Part shown: positions 1-12,200 of the stretch, piece after piece
How positions within the stretch are numbered: the first letter of the stretch is position 1
How the letters are laid out: each line of letters opens with the position of its first letter
DNA from: Bilabrum cf. latius
Taxonomy: Eukaryota
Reading direction: 5' to 3'
Length of the DNA stretch: 64,000 nt
Assembly (NCBI GenBank): GCA_965178125.1
Contig: OZ237736.1
Span: forward strand, 744,001 to 808,000
Notes under the pieces: generated by a model
What the model saw: only the letters and a program-made list of their open reading frames with translations
The model's database searches: none
Told to the model about the DNA's origin: nothing
Position numbers and translations under genes: made by a program

Positions 1-1728
1 CTCGGCGTCCCCTCCCCCGCCGCTCGCAGTGTCGCTGCCAGACCTGTCGGGGGACCCATCCCGGCTTGAGTCTGACGACAAGCGGTGTCTCCTACCGCCA
101 GACCTGCTGCTTCCTCTGCGCATACCACGAGGCGAACGATTTGGGGAGCCTTCTGAGCTTTGCACTCTAGGGGCTGGGTCGTGCTTTCGCCACGCACCGC
201 GAGGCTGGCTGGGCTTTGAGCTCCCGCGGTGCGATGAATGCACGCCATCGCCTGGTACCCCTCGAGGCGACGTAGAGGATGATCTTTCTGCAGATGCGTG
301 GCCCTGTGCCCCCTCTGCACCTCCACCTTGGCCCTCACCGAATAGGGTAAGCGTGGTAGTTGGCGCCAGCACCATGTCGGCCTAGTGAGCGGAGGTGGGC
401 CTGGATCCCCCATGCACTCCATCATCACCGATACCGCCGCCCATGACCTCCTCCTCCTGCTGATCATCATTTGCATCATCATCATCGTCCTTGCCCTCGC
501 CTGACCCAGCCGCCACACCTGACGGAGCCACCCGGCGCTTCTGCCTGACGGGCGTTGCTTTGCCTCCCCTCCCTGAAGGCGGAACACCCAGTTTCCTACC
601 TCCATGGCCCCCCACATCATCGCCGCCAGTGCCCGCGCCCGCGCCCATGCCCTTGCCCGCGGCAGTGCCAGGGCCCATGGCAGCCGACCGCGCTGCTCCC
701 TTGATGGCGGCCCGGCGAGCCGCCGCCTCCAGCGCCTCTGCAGGCAGCTCGAGACCCAGCTCCGCCGCCCACGCGGCCACAAAGGGCTTGCTGAGCACGG
801 TCATCACGGAAGGCCTCCTCCTCGAGTCCCTGGTCAGCAGCTCGTCCACAAGGCCCCGCAGCTGGGGCGAATACTGCGTCCTCGAGATCGGTGGGTACGT
901 CCCTTGCAGGATCTTGAGGATGAGCGCCCCTTGATTGCGAGCGTCGAAAGGGTGTCGCAGCGTGAGTAGCTCGTATAGGATGCAGCCCAGTGCCCAGCAG
1001 TCCGACTTTTGGTTGTAGGGTTTCTCGGAGAGCAGCTCAGGGGATAGGTAGAATGGGCTGCCGGTGAGCGTCCGGCTGAACCGCGTCTGCGTGGACAGCA
1101 GCTTGGCGACGCCCAAGTCTCCCACTCGCACCCGAATGCTGCGTGCCACGGATCCGTCTGGGTCGTCAAGCAGGTCTGGCGGTCCGCTGGTGCCGCCACT
1201 AGATTTTGCTGCATCGGCTTCTAAAGAAGTGCCAGCGACTAAAAACACGTTGGCGGCCTTCAAATCTCGGTGCATAATTCTATGCGAATGAAGAAACGCC
1301 AAGCCGCAGCATATTTGGATGAATAGGGAGCGCACCATCGTCTCTGGCAAGAGCTATCCACGGCGGGCCTTCAGGGCGCGGTGTAGATCCCCATCGCACA
1401 GCTCCATCACGATGCAAAGAGCTTCATCGTCCACAAACGAGTCGAAATATTGCACCACGAACTCGGAATCCATCCTGGCAAGAATTTGTGCTTCCCTGGC
1501 TGCTTGAGCTTGCTCTTGGTCCGAGAGGTCGCTGATATCGACCTGCTTCATGGCATATAGCCGCCCAGTCTCAAGCCTCTCCACGCAGTGGACCGATCCA
1601 AATGAGCCAGAGCCTAACTTCTTAAGGAGCTTGAAATCTGATAGTTTGCTCATCTCTTGCGGTTGCGACTCTCCCCTTGCACCACCGGTTGCAGGCGATG
1701 TGCTAGCGGCGTCACCCGCTCCAGACAT
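1..1728 (-). CDS. NIMA-related (NEK) Ser/Thr kinase, 3' end runs off the window
   Basis: GSGSFG, YAMK, HRDLKAANVFL, GDLG, GSPFYLSPE, PYNQKSDCWALGC motifs. ORFs 1354-1815 and 382-1350 are in one frame joined by TAG at 1354 (RRG*LLPE). A second TAG is at 382 and the frame stays open to base 1. Start at 1728 is inferred. Confidence 0.92.
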
Positions 1729-1947
1729 GATGCCGAAGAGTCCAGTCCGGCGAATCAAGTGATAATGAACGCAGTCCACGTCATGATGGCGCGTAGGCCA
1801 CGCGGTATGCTTCATGTTTTCCCGTTCGAACGGCTTGCTTGAATTGGCACGCTACCACCGCCCAGGCTGGATGAAAGCGGTGGCTTGGCCGGGCCACACT
1901 CCGCTCCTGGTGGTCGGACAGCGCCAGCTTAGTGTCAATACATTACG

Positions 1948-2329
1948 ATGGCAGCATCAGGCGCAGGAGAAGCCACTAGTGAAGGCTCACCACAGCAATA
2001 GTTTAGCGCTCAGGTGGCTCTCTCATTTCAGTCAGAAGCTCACGCTGAAATGGCTAAGAACAGCATGGAAGTTGATGATGAGGTGCACCCAGAGAAAATT
2101 TAGCGAGACTACCATGTCGATGGGAGCACTCTTCGGGTGTAAGGCTTCAAAAGGCTACCGTACCGACGATTGCAGTTCTGGACAATGAACAATTTACTCC
2201 CAAACTTTAGCTTGGCTCAGGCACCGCAGCAATATCCAGGGGTCTGATGCTAAGTCGTTGCGAATTGGTGTTAGCACATGCTTGGACATGGCGGCCGTCG
2301 TGACGAGGACACTGCAAGAGTTCGCATGA
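1948..2329 (+). CDS. PCC1: Pcc1/LAGE3-family KEOPS complex subunit, 2 exons (intron 2139-2229)
   Basis: Manual translation: MAASGAGEATSEGSPQQ*FSAQVALSFQSEAHAEMAKNSMEVDDEVHPEKI*RDYHVDGSTLRV|NIQGSDAKSLRIGVSTCLDMAAVVTRTLQEFA-TGA. This fits the Pcc1 pattern and size. TAG at 1999 and 2101; GTAAGG...CGCAG intron. Absent from the ORF track. Confidence 0.8.
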
Positions 2330-2419
2330 TGGGACCGTTTCGCCCCGCCGGCGGCGGCGCTGTCAATGCCGAAAGCGAATCCCGCTGTCAGGGTCCTCTG
2401 TCTCGACAGCAGCAGCCGT

Positions 2420-4225
2420 TCATTTATTGATGCCGGGCGAGTTCGTCACCACCTCCCCGCCCTCCATGCGCCTATGGCTCCCGCTGGTGTTGCACAGCAG
2501 AAACCAGGCGACCATGCCTAGGCAGCAGAAGAGGGTGATACCAAATAGGGCCCCGAGAGCGATTGTGGAAGCCTCGAACGCATCGTTCGGCTGCTGGTCG
2601 AACTCGAGCTGGAACGCCGCCGAGTTTGCCTCCACGAACATGCTGCCCAGCGCCCAGCCCAGGTCCTCTGCAGCAGGGGCCACCCGCACCCTCCCCGGCT
2701 CATCGGAAGGCACCTTGAGGCCATACTTGAGGAACACGTAGGCGTACGTGGTTTGGAAGCAGTACTGCACCAGGAACTGGTCTGGCACGCGGGGGTGCTG
2801 CTGCTTGGCCTCGGCGAAGGTCAGAGCGCAGTACTGGGCGGCCTTGACGCCTAGCTGGTCGATGGTGGCCGTGTCGTTGTCGAGGCCATGGAAGCTCCAC
2901 AGGAACGAGTACTGCGAGAACGCCACGAAGGTTGTGTTGGGCCCGATGGGGGCCTGGTACGTGCCCCCTACCGCACAGGTGCTCCTGTTCCGGCTTGGGT
3001 AGGGAACACCGGCCGCCTGGATTGGCACCACGTCCAGCTGCACGCTTGCGCCGGGGCCGCTGCTGTATAGCGCGGCGTTCACGTCGTCGTTGTCCACGAC
3101 GTCGTCGTCCTGCGCGTCCATGCCGGCCCCTGCCTCCGCGATCGACTGCAGGAGGCTCAGATCAACGTCGTGGCTGTCGGATGCAACCACGCCGATAAAG
3201 TCCTCTTCCTCGCCTTCATTCTCTGGCATCAGGAGCGCGTCTGCGAGAGAATTCGACTGCCCCGGCCAAGCGATGGAGATGGAGGTGGGCTCCTTGGGCT
3301 CGGTGAGGCAGGGGGCGTCTAGCTGCATGAGAGCGAGCACTGCGGACTCGCATGCGGAGTAGTTGCTCGAACCCTGGAAGCGGGTGGGCAGGCCGGCCGT
3401 TACCGCCGCGGAGAAGTTGAGGCTGCTGCCTTGCAGGAAGCAGGGGTGCGAGATGTTGTCAGTCGGCGCGAGTCCCTGGCCCCCCCTCTGCTGGATTACC
3501 TCGGTCGCGCGGTAGAGCGCCTCGTTGATGCCGTAGTACAGGTAGCTGTGCGTGTACAAGGTCTCCTGGACCTGCTCGCCCAGCTCCAAGGCGAAGGCGT
3601 TCTGCAAAATGTTGGGATCGTCCGGCTTGAAGGTGATCTGCGCGCTTGCTCCACCGAGGTCCAGTGCCCCAACGGTCCCTTGCAAATTCTGTGGTCTCCC
3701 GGGGATCAGCTTGCCGTTCAAGTAGTTGGCAGATATCCAACCAAAAATTCCCTCTTCTTCGCCACTGATCACCCTTGCCTGCGACGGCGTCCTGTAGTCA
3801 AAGCCTGAGCCTGCCAGAATCTGACGAACCGTTGTCATGATGCTCTCCTGAACAGCGATGGGCTAGATGCGAAGACCAGCAGTAGCCTTCACAAAAATTG
3901 GGGTCTCTGCCCAGACCTCTGCTCCCCCTTGAGCTAGTTCGGTGACGTTGTTTTGGGCATAGTCAATAAGGGATTGCAGCGCGGTGATCCCCTCTGGCTT
4001 GTCGATCCCGGGCGACCGCCTCAGCGGCGACTCCAGTACTTCGATCGGGGTTGTTAGGGGAACTGGAAGGCTAGCAAAATCCCTCCTTGGCCAGCTGAAT
4101 ATGTGCAGTTTTGTGCTCGTGGACCCGGCATCCAAAACTACAGCAAAAGAGCGAATGCGGTCGCTATCTGAGGCAGAAACAAGGGCGACAGTCGCAGCAG
4201 CCAGTAGTAAGTGCGTAGCTTGCAT
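2420..4225 (-). CDS. GDA1/CD39-family NTPDase (apyrase) with signal peptide and C-terminal TM helix
   Basis: Apyrase conserved regions DAGSTST, ATAGLR, GEEEGIFGWISANY, DLGGASAQ, WALG. One in-frame TAG at 3863 joins the two ORFs. Ends TGA. Confidence 0.92.
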
Positions 4226-4455
4226 GGTGATAGCCAACCAAAGGCCTTGGGGCTTGTGGATCCGATGAAAATAGATGCGTGACGTTGTCTACCCAGCTGA
4301 TGCCGGAAGTGCACCCAACTTTCGAAGCCCTGCGTTCCGTGGTGGTGGTAGCACTGTGCTGCAGCAACTGGCCAACAAGCACGCACAGGACGTCTTCACA
4401 AGCATCTAAGCATGCACTGCCATCACCGAGGAGGCGAGGGCAAGCACTCAAGCGG

Positions 4456-7194
4456 TCAGTTAGACTCGATGTGAAGCACCACGAAAGACAGCGGGGGCAG
4501 GCTAAGAGCCTCGCCAGCCGTGAGCAGCACCTCCACGGGGCTGACGTAGTCCGGCACACCGGGTGAATTGTCCGCCAGCCCGTCCGGCAAGCCTCCCGCA
4601 AGGGCAACCGGCCCTGCGAGCAACTGCCCGTGGCCTCCAGCCGCGCCCCCTCCCTTGATCTGCAGGCTCAGCTTCACGGGCTGGGTCGGGGACCAGTTGA
4701 CGGCTTTCAACACCACGTCACTGCCATCCATGTTCCCCACAGCCACGGCGTCGAAGCCGGTCGCGTTGCCCGCCTCCAACTCCAGCCCGATCAGCTTGGG
4801 CCGCTTGGTCTCGTGCAGCATCCGGATGACGTGTCCAGGAGGCTGCAGGAATGAAGAGTTGGGGAAGGTGAACACGGCACCCTGGGGGAAAGCCTGCTCT
4901 GCATCCATGCCCTGCCATGCCTGAATGGCATCCGCAAAGCCTTGGACCGGTGCGAAGTCCCCGTGCCTTGCGTACATCATCGAGTAGGCCGCGTGCCCGA
5001 TCCCTCGCGCGAGGCCGTGGTCGTTCCCGTTCTCCTCAAAGCAAACCCACCTCATCTTGGACCCGAGCGACTCGACCAGGGACTGAAACGTCACCATGTT
5101 GGCCTCTCTGTCGGCTGCACCCGCCTCGCCGTCTTCGATGTGCCAGTCCCAGTACATGCGGTCGCCCTGCGGCAGGAAGAGCTATATGAACTCGCGCAGG
5201 ATAGGCTGGTTCAGCTCGTTGCCCTGGAGGTTGTGGCCGATTGCGTACCGAAACAGGGGCGCCCCGATCGCCTTTGACCTCGCATCCATGGCCTGCGTGA
5301 TGTTTCCGCACGTGTACAGCAGCGTGTGGTCCAGTCCCTGCTCGTTCCCGCACTCGATCCACGACACGTTGTAGGGCTCGGGATGCCCGTCCTGGATCCT
5401 CTGCTTGCCCCACTTGGTGCTGGCATCACCCCAGGCGTACTCCACGAAGTCGCCCATGTCTTCGGGCTTTTCCAGGTTGTTGATGGTGATGACCGGCTCG
5501 CACCCAACGAAGTCGCAGAGGTCGATGATCTCGAACATCGCGAAGGCGCGTGACTGGGTGAGGCCCTTCTGCTTGTACCAGAGCCCCTGGTACGGCTGCC
5601 TCTGGTCCCGAGGTCCCCTGAAGTCCTTCCAGCGGTACGTGTCCCGGTTGTCCATCGACCCGCCATTCCTGAACACGTCAATGCCCTGCACCTTGAACTG
5701 CTCCGCGACGTCCAGCCTCGCAGGCAGCCCCATGGAGCCAGAGCGAGGGGACTACACAACGCCCCACGCCCCCGGCTGCAGCCAGGTCAAGTCCACGTCA
5801 ATGGAAGCGCCAGGAGTGCGTGAGAACACAGTGAAGCGACCAAAGCACGTGCTATAGCCGTCCGGGTACGATCCGTCTCCCACCATGCTGCCGCAATCGG
5901 TGGGCGATGCCGCAGTGAGCGTGAAGGGCAGCTTGTGCCACTGCCCGTCCGCAGGCACAGTCAAGGTGACTTCGTCCAGAATCTTGCTGGCAGCTGTCCT
6001 TGCTTCGCTCCAGTCCTCCAGCGCGACTGATACCTGCACCGAGCCGGAGGCCATGGCTCTCTCGGCTGCCTCTCCTGACAGGCCCTCCGCATTCACCCGA
6101 AGGTAAGAATAGCCCTCGTATGGCATTGCACCCCGGAATGACATGCCGTGCTGGCAGTTGAGGCCGTAATTGGCGAGGCCGACTCGAGTGTCTCCCCCGG
6201 ACTGACCGCCGCGTGGCCCCGGTCCTGATCCACCGGTGGATGCGTCGTACGTAAATCGCTGATACTGCGCCCCTTGGAAGGCGTCGTCGCTGCTGGCGAC
6301 CAGCTTGAAGGAGCCGGCGGCGCCGCCATCCAGTACACCTGTCCACATCTCAGAGACCCCCGCTGTGATGCTGGAGTCGTTGGTGCGGCCCCCTTGGCAA
6401 CCGATAAACCCCTGCTGCGCCACTCCGCTGCCTCTGCCGACAGGGACGTCCGACTGGCCGTTCTCCACCTCTTCGAAAGATTCGCCGAAAACCATTTGGG
6501 CACCCAAACCGAACCCGTAGATTTCATGGTTCAGGAACTCGATTCCGACAGACAGCTTGTTGGGAAGATTGAACGAGCTGACATTCTTTGGGTCGATCGT
6601 TGCTGTCGCCGGCACGGCTGGAGCGAGAGGAATTTCGGACTGAAAATGCCAGCGCTGTTGAATGCTCGGTACGGTATCAGTGATTGATGCAACGATTGCG
6701 TTGCCTTCTCCTGCCGAGGTAGAGTACTCGCCCGAGCACTAGCCGCTGAGAGTCGAGTTCAAGGTTAGTACAAACCCTACGTAGCCAGGGGCTTCTGTGG
6801 CTAGCACGGAGCTATTGTCGCCCACAGACGAAAGATTCCACGTCGAGCGCTGCCGAAAAGAGGTAGAGCCATCGTTTTTTTGCAGAAGCAGTCGCTCCGG
6901 GGCCGCCCCTGAGTCGGATCCTGCGTTCACCGCGAAAAAGTAGTCATCATTTCCGTATTCAGCGTGTAAACGGATAGCCCCGTCACTACCCTGCACGACC
7001 TTGAATGAACTGTCTGGAATATCGGTGCCTGAGTGGCAGCCAAGCTTTGTTCCGAACGCCTAAAAATTACAATGGCGCAAGAACACTGCTTCGCTTGTGT
7101 CGGGGGAAGACGACGACCTAAGGTGCTGCCATTCGCCCATTAGAGCGCTAGCAGTACCAAGTTGGATTGTTGCTGCAGCCAGCAAGAGCTCCAT
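4456..7194 (-). CDS. Secreted GH51-like alpha-L-arabinofuranosidase with N-terminal AbfB/CBM42-like region
   Basis: Five collinear ORFs joined by TAG at 7060, 6739, 5752 and 5182. Motifs FLRHCNF*, AQMVFGESFEE, YRWK..RGP, DFVEYAWG...WG..R..DGHPEPY, IECGNE. Hydrophobic N-terminus; ends TGA. Confidence 0.82.
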
Positions 7195-7404
7195 GCGTGC
7201 GCGCATCCTTGAGGCAGGCTGGATTGCGAATGTGACGCGCGGCGCAGTTGGGGAGGTCTGGCAAAATACCAGAACTGCAACTCGGTGAATGTTGGCTTCG
7301 ATACCAATAGCTGATTGTAGAGGGACTCCGCGCATGTTGTGAACAAATTTTCGTGGTTACCGAAGGCCCAAGCTGCCCGCTGATCCCCGCCAGTCTGCTC
7401 CATC

Positions 7405-8685
7405 TCACACCCCCATCATGAGGTCGATGAACTCCAAGTAGTTCACCTCATCGTCCAGCTCGGAGCCCCCATCCTCACCTTCTCCGCCGGACAACAGCTC
7501 ATCGCTTGCCTCCCCAGATCGAGACCCTCCGCCAGTTCCATCACCGCTGCCGTCAATTCCCACCATCCCGACCGCATCTGCCCCACCTTCAGGCAGACCA
7601 TACCCGTACCCGAGCTCTGCATCGGGACCATCGTCTATCCCTGACAAGCCTCCGACTGACCCTTCCCCTTCGCCCTCATCCTCCTCGGCGGCCACTCCCG
7701 CACGGCCTCCAAGCATCATGGACCCAGACTCAGCCCCTGCCCCAGCCCCTGCCCCAGCCCCTGCCCCAGCCCCTGCCCCAGAGGTTGACTCCGCACGCAG
7801 GCCTGAACCGGCACCTGCAGCCTTGCCTCGTACCAGCCCTGTGGGGCCAAAAGTGTCGGTGCTCCGCGCTGCAGCACCTGCACCTGCACCTGCACCTGCA
7901 CCTGCACCTGCACCTGCAGTGGCCGCGCCTTTCACCCCTGATGCCGCGGCCGCAGGCAGTTTCGGCGGTGCCCGGGAGGCCCTGCCGGACTTCGAGGAGG
8001 ACACCGCCACAGATGCAGCACCGCTTGCTATGGCTCGCTCAATGGCATCTGCGCGCAGCTTGCGTATTCGCACCTCGGCGATGCTCCTGCCCGTGGCGAC
8101 AGCGAGCATCTCATCGATTACCACGTGTGGCTGCTGGGCCAGCCGCATGGCTCGCCGGAACTCTCGAGCCGCAACTCTACCGTCCCCCTCCTCATCGAAT
8201 AGCTGCGATACATTTAAATAAATGAGCTTCATCTAGCGTGATCATCCACCTGTCGAATGCCTACTCATCAGGCAGCCGCACCTCAAATCTCTCACGCGAA
8301 AAGCAGCAATAAGATCCGCCGCGGTGTGCTGGTGCTACGATCGAAGTGCCACGATCGAGCACGCCTCTTCAAAATCCAGCAACCGGTTACCATCAGCATC
8401 AGCCATGCTGATCAGGGCTTCCAACTCGTCTCGAGACGGTGAATCGCCTAACGCCTCCAAGAAGGGTCGAAGCTCCTTTGCTGTCAGCAAGTTTGGAACT
8501 GTCTGGGCGTGTCGCATGAATTCGTTGTGCAAGCTAGCGACCTGCTCAGGTTCAAGCGCATCAAGTAGCGCTTGAAACCTACTGACGAGCGCCTGCGCTG
8601 TCACCGAACGCTGAGCTTTCTTCGCCTGCAATGCTCGCCTAAACTTCTGTTTCTGGATAACCTGCCTGCCAGCAGCAAACTACAT
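7405..8685 (-). CDS. Calmodulin/centrin-like EF-hand protein with a long Gly/Ala insertion, 2 exons (intron 8203-8295)
   Basis: Starts ATG-TAG-TTT (M*FAAGRQVIQKQK). EF motifs DADGNRLLDFEE, AFRLFDEEGDGRV and terminal EVNYLEFIDLM. TAG at 8680 and 8335; GTGAG...GCAG intron. Confidence 0.8.
7733..7918. repeat. Two coding microsatellites: (GCCCCTGCCCCA)x4 at 7733-7780 and (GCACCT)x7.5 at 7874-7918, encoding Gly-Ala runs
   Basis: Directly visible tandem repeats. Confidence 0.95.
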
Positions 8686-8810
8686 GTTTCAAATACGCTA
8701 CTTTCGGGAAACTGGACGAGAAATGCACAACGGAATATGGGAATCCGGAGCCACCGTGGTGACCTTGATGAAGTCGTCGCACATACGGCAACTGGTCGCC
8801 ACAACAAAAT

Positions 8811-9122
8811 ATGAGACGGAGTTTAGCATCCAGAGCTGCTGGAATAGCTCGAAAAGCAGCGCCTGAGACTGAAGGACGGTGGGTTGCTCGGCTAGTTGCA
8901 AGAGCAGTGGGTGTTGGGTTCGTAGTCGGCGCCTGCACGGAGGCCTTCATGGTATTCACAGGGTTCTACAAGGTAGCCACGCGAAAAGAGGCGGAGAGAT
9001 GGGAGCAGCGACAAGAAGAAGCCGAGAGTATGCGGAAGTGGAAGCCGCAGTCATGGAAATAGCTTGCGCCAGGGAAGCAGTCGAGCAGCACGTCTGAATC
9101 CACGGGTGAGGGCAGGAGATAA
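8811..9122 (+). CDS. Small single-pass membrane protein, SMIM4/UQCC5-like
   Basis: GFVVGACTEAFMVFTGFYKVATRKEAERWEQR resembles the SMIM4 pattern. TAG at 9060 reads on to TAA at 9120. Confidence 0.65.
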
Positions 9123-9230
9123 CACTAGCGGAGCTTTCGTTCGTTCGAATGACAACAAACAAAACAGTATTTACAATAACAACAGACCAATCCGCAAGGC
9201 TACACCCCGCTTGCGCAAGCAAGGCCGTAA

Positions 9231-12200
9231 TCAGAATTTGGCATCCCAGCCGCTGCCGTCCTCCGCATACGGCTCCCACGAGTCGTCCTCATCATACTCG
9301 TCGAAGTGCCTTGTGTCCAGTTTGCCCGCCACCTGGGGCACCCACGGCGCAGCGATTCTCTTGTTGCGGAGCGCCACCCAGTCCACCGAGGAGAAGAAGG
9401 CGTGCCTCTGCACGTCGAGGCCACCACCGCGCAAGCAGCCGAGCCTGCGGTGGGGATCTCTAGTGAGCAGCTTCCTGACGATGTCCTTGCTGGCGTCGCT
9501 CCCGAAACCGGGGGGAAAGTCCACGTTGCCCCGGATGATGTTCCTGCAGATGGCCACCTGGTCCCCGTCGTCCCCGTCGTTGAAGGGGGAGTATCCCGCG
9601 AGCATCTCGTAGAGGAGGACGCCCATGGCCCACCAGTCCACCCCGCTCGAGTGACCCTCGCTCAGCACCAGCTCCGGAGCCAGGTACTCGGGTGTCCCAC
9701 ACATGGTGTGCGTGCGCCTGCGCGTCACCTTGGCAAACCCGAAGTCGCACACCTTGAGGTAGCCCTGCGTGTCGATCAGCATGTTCTCCGGCTTGATGTC
9801 CCGGTACAGGATGTGCTTCCGGTGCAGGTGGTCGAGCACGTCGGTCACGCAGGCGCAGTAGAACCGCGCCTCCGCCTCATTCAGCCTGCCATCTCTCTCC
9901 ACGTCCTGCATCCTGGAGAAGAGCTCGCCTCCCTGGACCAGCTCCAGCAGCATGTACAGGCAGTTCCTGTCGCGGTACGTGTCGTACAGCCGGATGGCGA
10001 AGGGGTGCCTCAGTGCCATCAGCACCTTCTTCTCGGACATTATGTTGCGCTCCTGCCGCAGCTCCACGATCCTGCTCTTGTGAAGGATCTTGAGCGCAAA
10101 CGCGCGCCCGCTGGCCTCGTGGTGCACCAGCCTGACCCGCCCGAAGCTGCCCGTGCCCAGCGTGGCGCACTGCTTCAGCTCAGCCAGAGGTATGCCCACC
10201 CTCTGCCAGGACCTGCCGGCCGACTCCCTCTCCCTGCCTGGCCTGGTGGACGACGCGTGCGCCACTGGGCCGTTGCTCACCGTGCCGGTGCCTGCGGAAC
10301 CGCTATGCATGCTCCCGGCGATTCCCGCGTTTGTCTGCTCTAATGCGGTCTTGAACGCTCCAGAGAGGCCCGGTTTTTCCGTTACAGACCTGCGGATGGG
10401 GGCACCGCCACCGCCACCGCCACCGCCACCTCCACCTCCACCTCCACCTCCACCTCCACCTCCACCTGAACCTCTAGTGGGCCCCCGGCCGGCACCAGAA
10501 GCTGGGCCCTCCGCCACGGCCTAAGAAGCTGATGTGCCCGCATCCGACCCACCACTCGCATTCGGCTCTGGTAGCGTTGTTTGGTGCGCCACAGTCGTGT
10601 GCGTCAGTACAGAGGCGGCATCTCCCATGGCCTACATGGAGGCGCTCTTGTGCTGCTGCCCTTTCGACCCATCCGCCGCCAGTCGAGCCTCCAGCTGCTC
10701 GCCGTTCAGGTCCGACGTTGGTCCGCGGTCCGTGCCTCCTGTGATCGTGCTGTCTGCATCCACCGGCTCTGCTCCGATGACGCCGTCCACATCGTCGATC
10801 TCTCGCTCGTAGTCCCTCGTCTGGTTGGGCGACCGGGTTGAGCCGAAGGTGGACCTCTGCACGAAGAAAGACGGTGGGCGGGACGAGGCGACGGCTTGCC
10901 CGCCACTAGCAGGCCCAGTCCCGCCGCCCGTCTGCTGTAATCCATCCCGACCGTCAGCCATGCTGCCGAACGAGCCGTTCCTAGACAACCCGGGAGCTGG
11001 CTCGCCCTCCCCACCGGAGTTGGCCGCGTCTGGGTGGTGGCGGCCACGACCGCTGCTCGTCTCATCATCGCCCGTCCCCTTGCTGGACGCGCCTGCCCCT
11101 TCGCTGCCCTTGGTGGCCATGCCCGTGCGATCTGTCGACACGGCCGCTGTGCCGGAGTCGCCACCAGTCGGTGCAGAGTAGGCGACGCTCGAGCCGCTCG
11201 CCGCTGCGTCTGCGGCACTGGAAGACTGCCCCAGCATGCCCTTTTTCTCGATCTACTTGAACTGAAGGAGGGAATCTTTCCCTGCCAGCAGCTTCTCGAA
11301 TGATTCCTTGTCCAGCACGAAGCACTGCAATGGCGTTACCGCTACCACAGAGCAGCCGGGCGGGTCGCCAGACTGGAGCTCCACCTCGCCAAACCACCTG
11401 CCGGCATCCATGCAAAACATGGGAGCGTTACCTTCCGGCAGGTACGGAGCGTACTGCTTGTAGAGGGACAGAAGGGGGCTGTCTGCGTGCCCCTTTGTGT
11501 CCTATGGGATCGGCTGCCCCGGCAGCGCCTCCGTTCCGTGCGCCTCCACAGCAAGGCGGCTGGCCACGTCCGCGTCGTGGTGGCAGACGAGTGCGGTCCC
11601 TTCCTTGATGATGAAAAAATGCGTCAGCTCGACGTCTTGCTGCGCGACCATCTGGCCGGGCTCGAAGGAGACCAGGGTGAGCGAGCCGAAGAGCTTCTGC
11701 CGGTCGTCCGTGGGCAGCTGGGACAGGATCGGTACGCAGAGCAGCAGCCTCATCCCCATGTTGTGTTCCAGCAGCTCCCTGAGATGCCCCAGGATGTTCT
11801 CGAAGTCCTCCCTGCTCAGCGCGACCAGAACGCTGTCCTCCTCGGCGAAGACATCTGCAGCCCTCGGCTCCGAGGTCAACAGGGCCCGCTCTCCCACGTA
11901 GTCTCCCGCGGTCAACCGGTTGTTGTTCTGCTTGCCACCGATGTTCTTGCACACCACGCTGCCCTCTTCAATGATGTAAAAGACTTCCCCTGGCGTGCCT
12001 TTCTTAATGATGTGGGCCCCTGCCTGGTACCTGTGCACCGTGGCAGCATGCGCGATGGCGTCGATCTGGTCGTCCTCGAGCTCCTCCAAGATGCCGCGCC
12101 GGAGCGTGCGCTTGAGGCGCTGGTGCTCCTCGTGCCGAGCATTCGCAACGACTCCCCGGAACGTTTCTCGATCGATGAAGAAGAGGATTCCATCGGTGGC

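Noticed and set aside
336-348. 13-bp match (CACCGAATAGGGT) to the 32-kb motif
   Set aside because: Lies within the NEK coding frame and lacks the second palindrome arm, so it is probably chance.
1340-1365. Tiny introns removing each TAG
   Set aside because: Most TAG sites lack GT donors and the domains need the intervening residues. The real introns here are 85-189 nt with GTRAG donors and GCAG acceptors.
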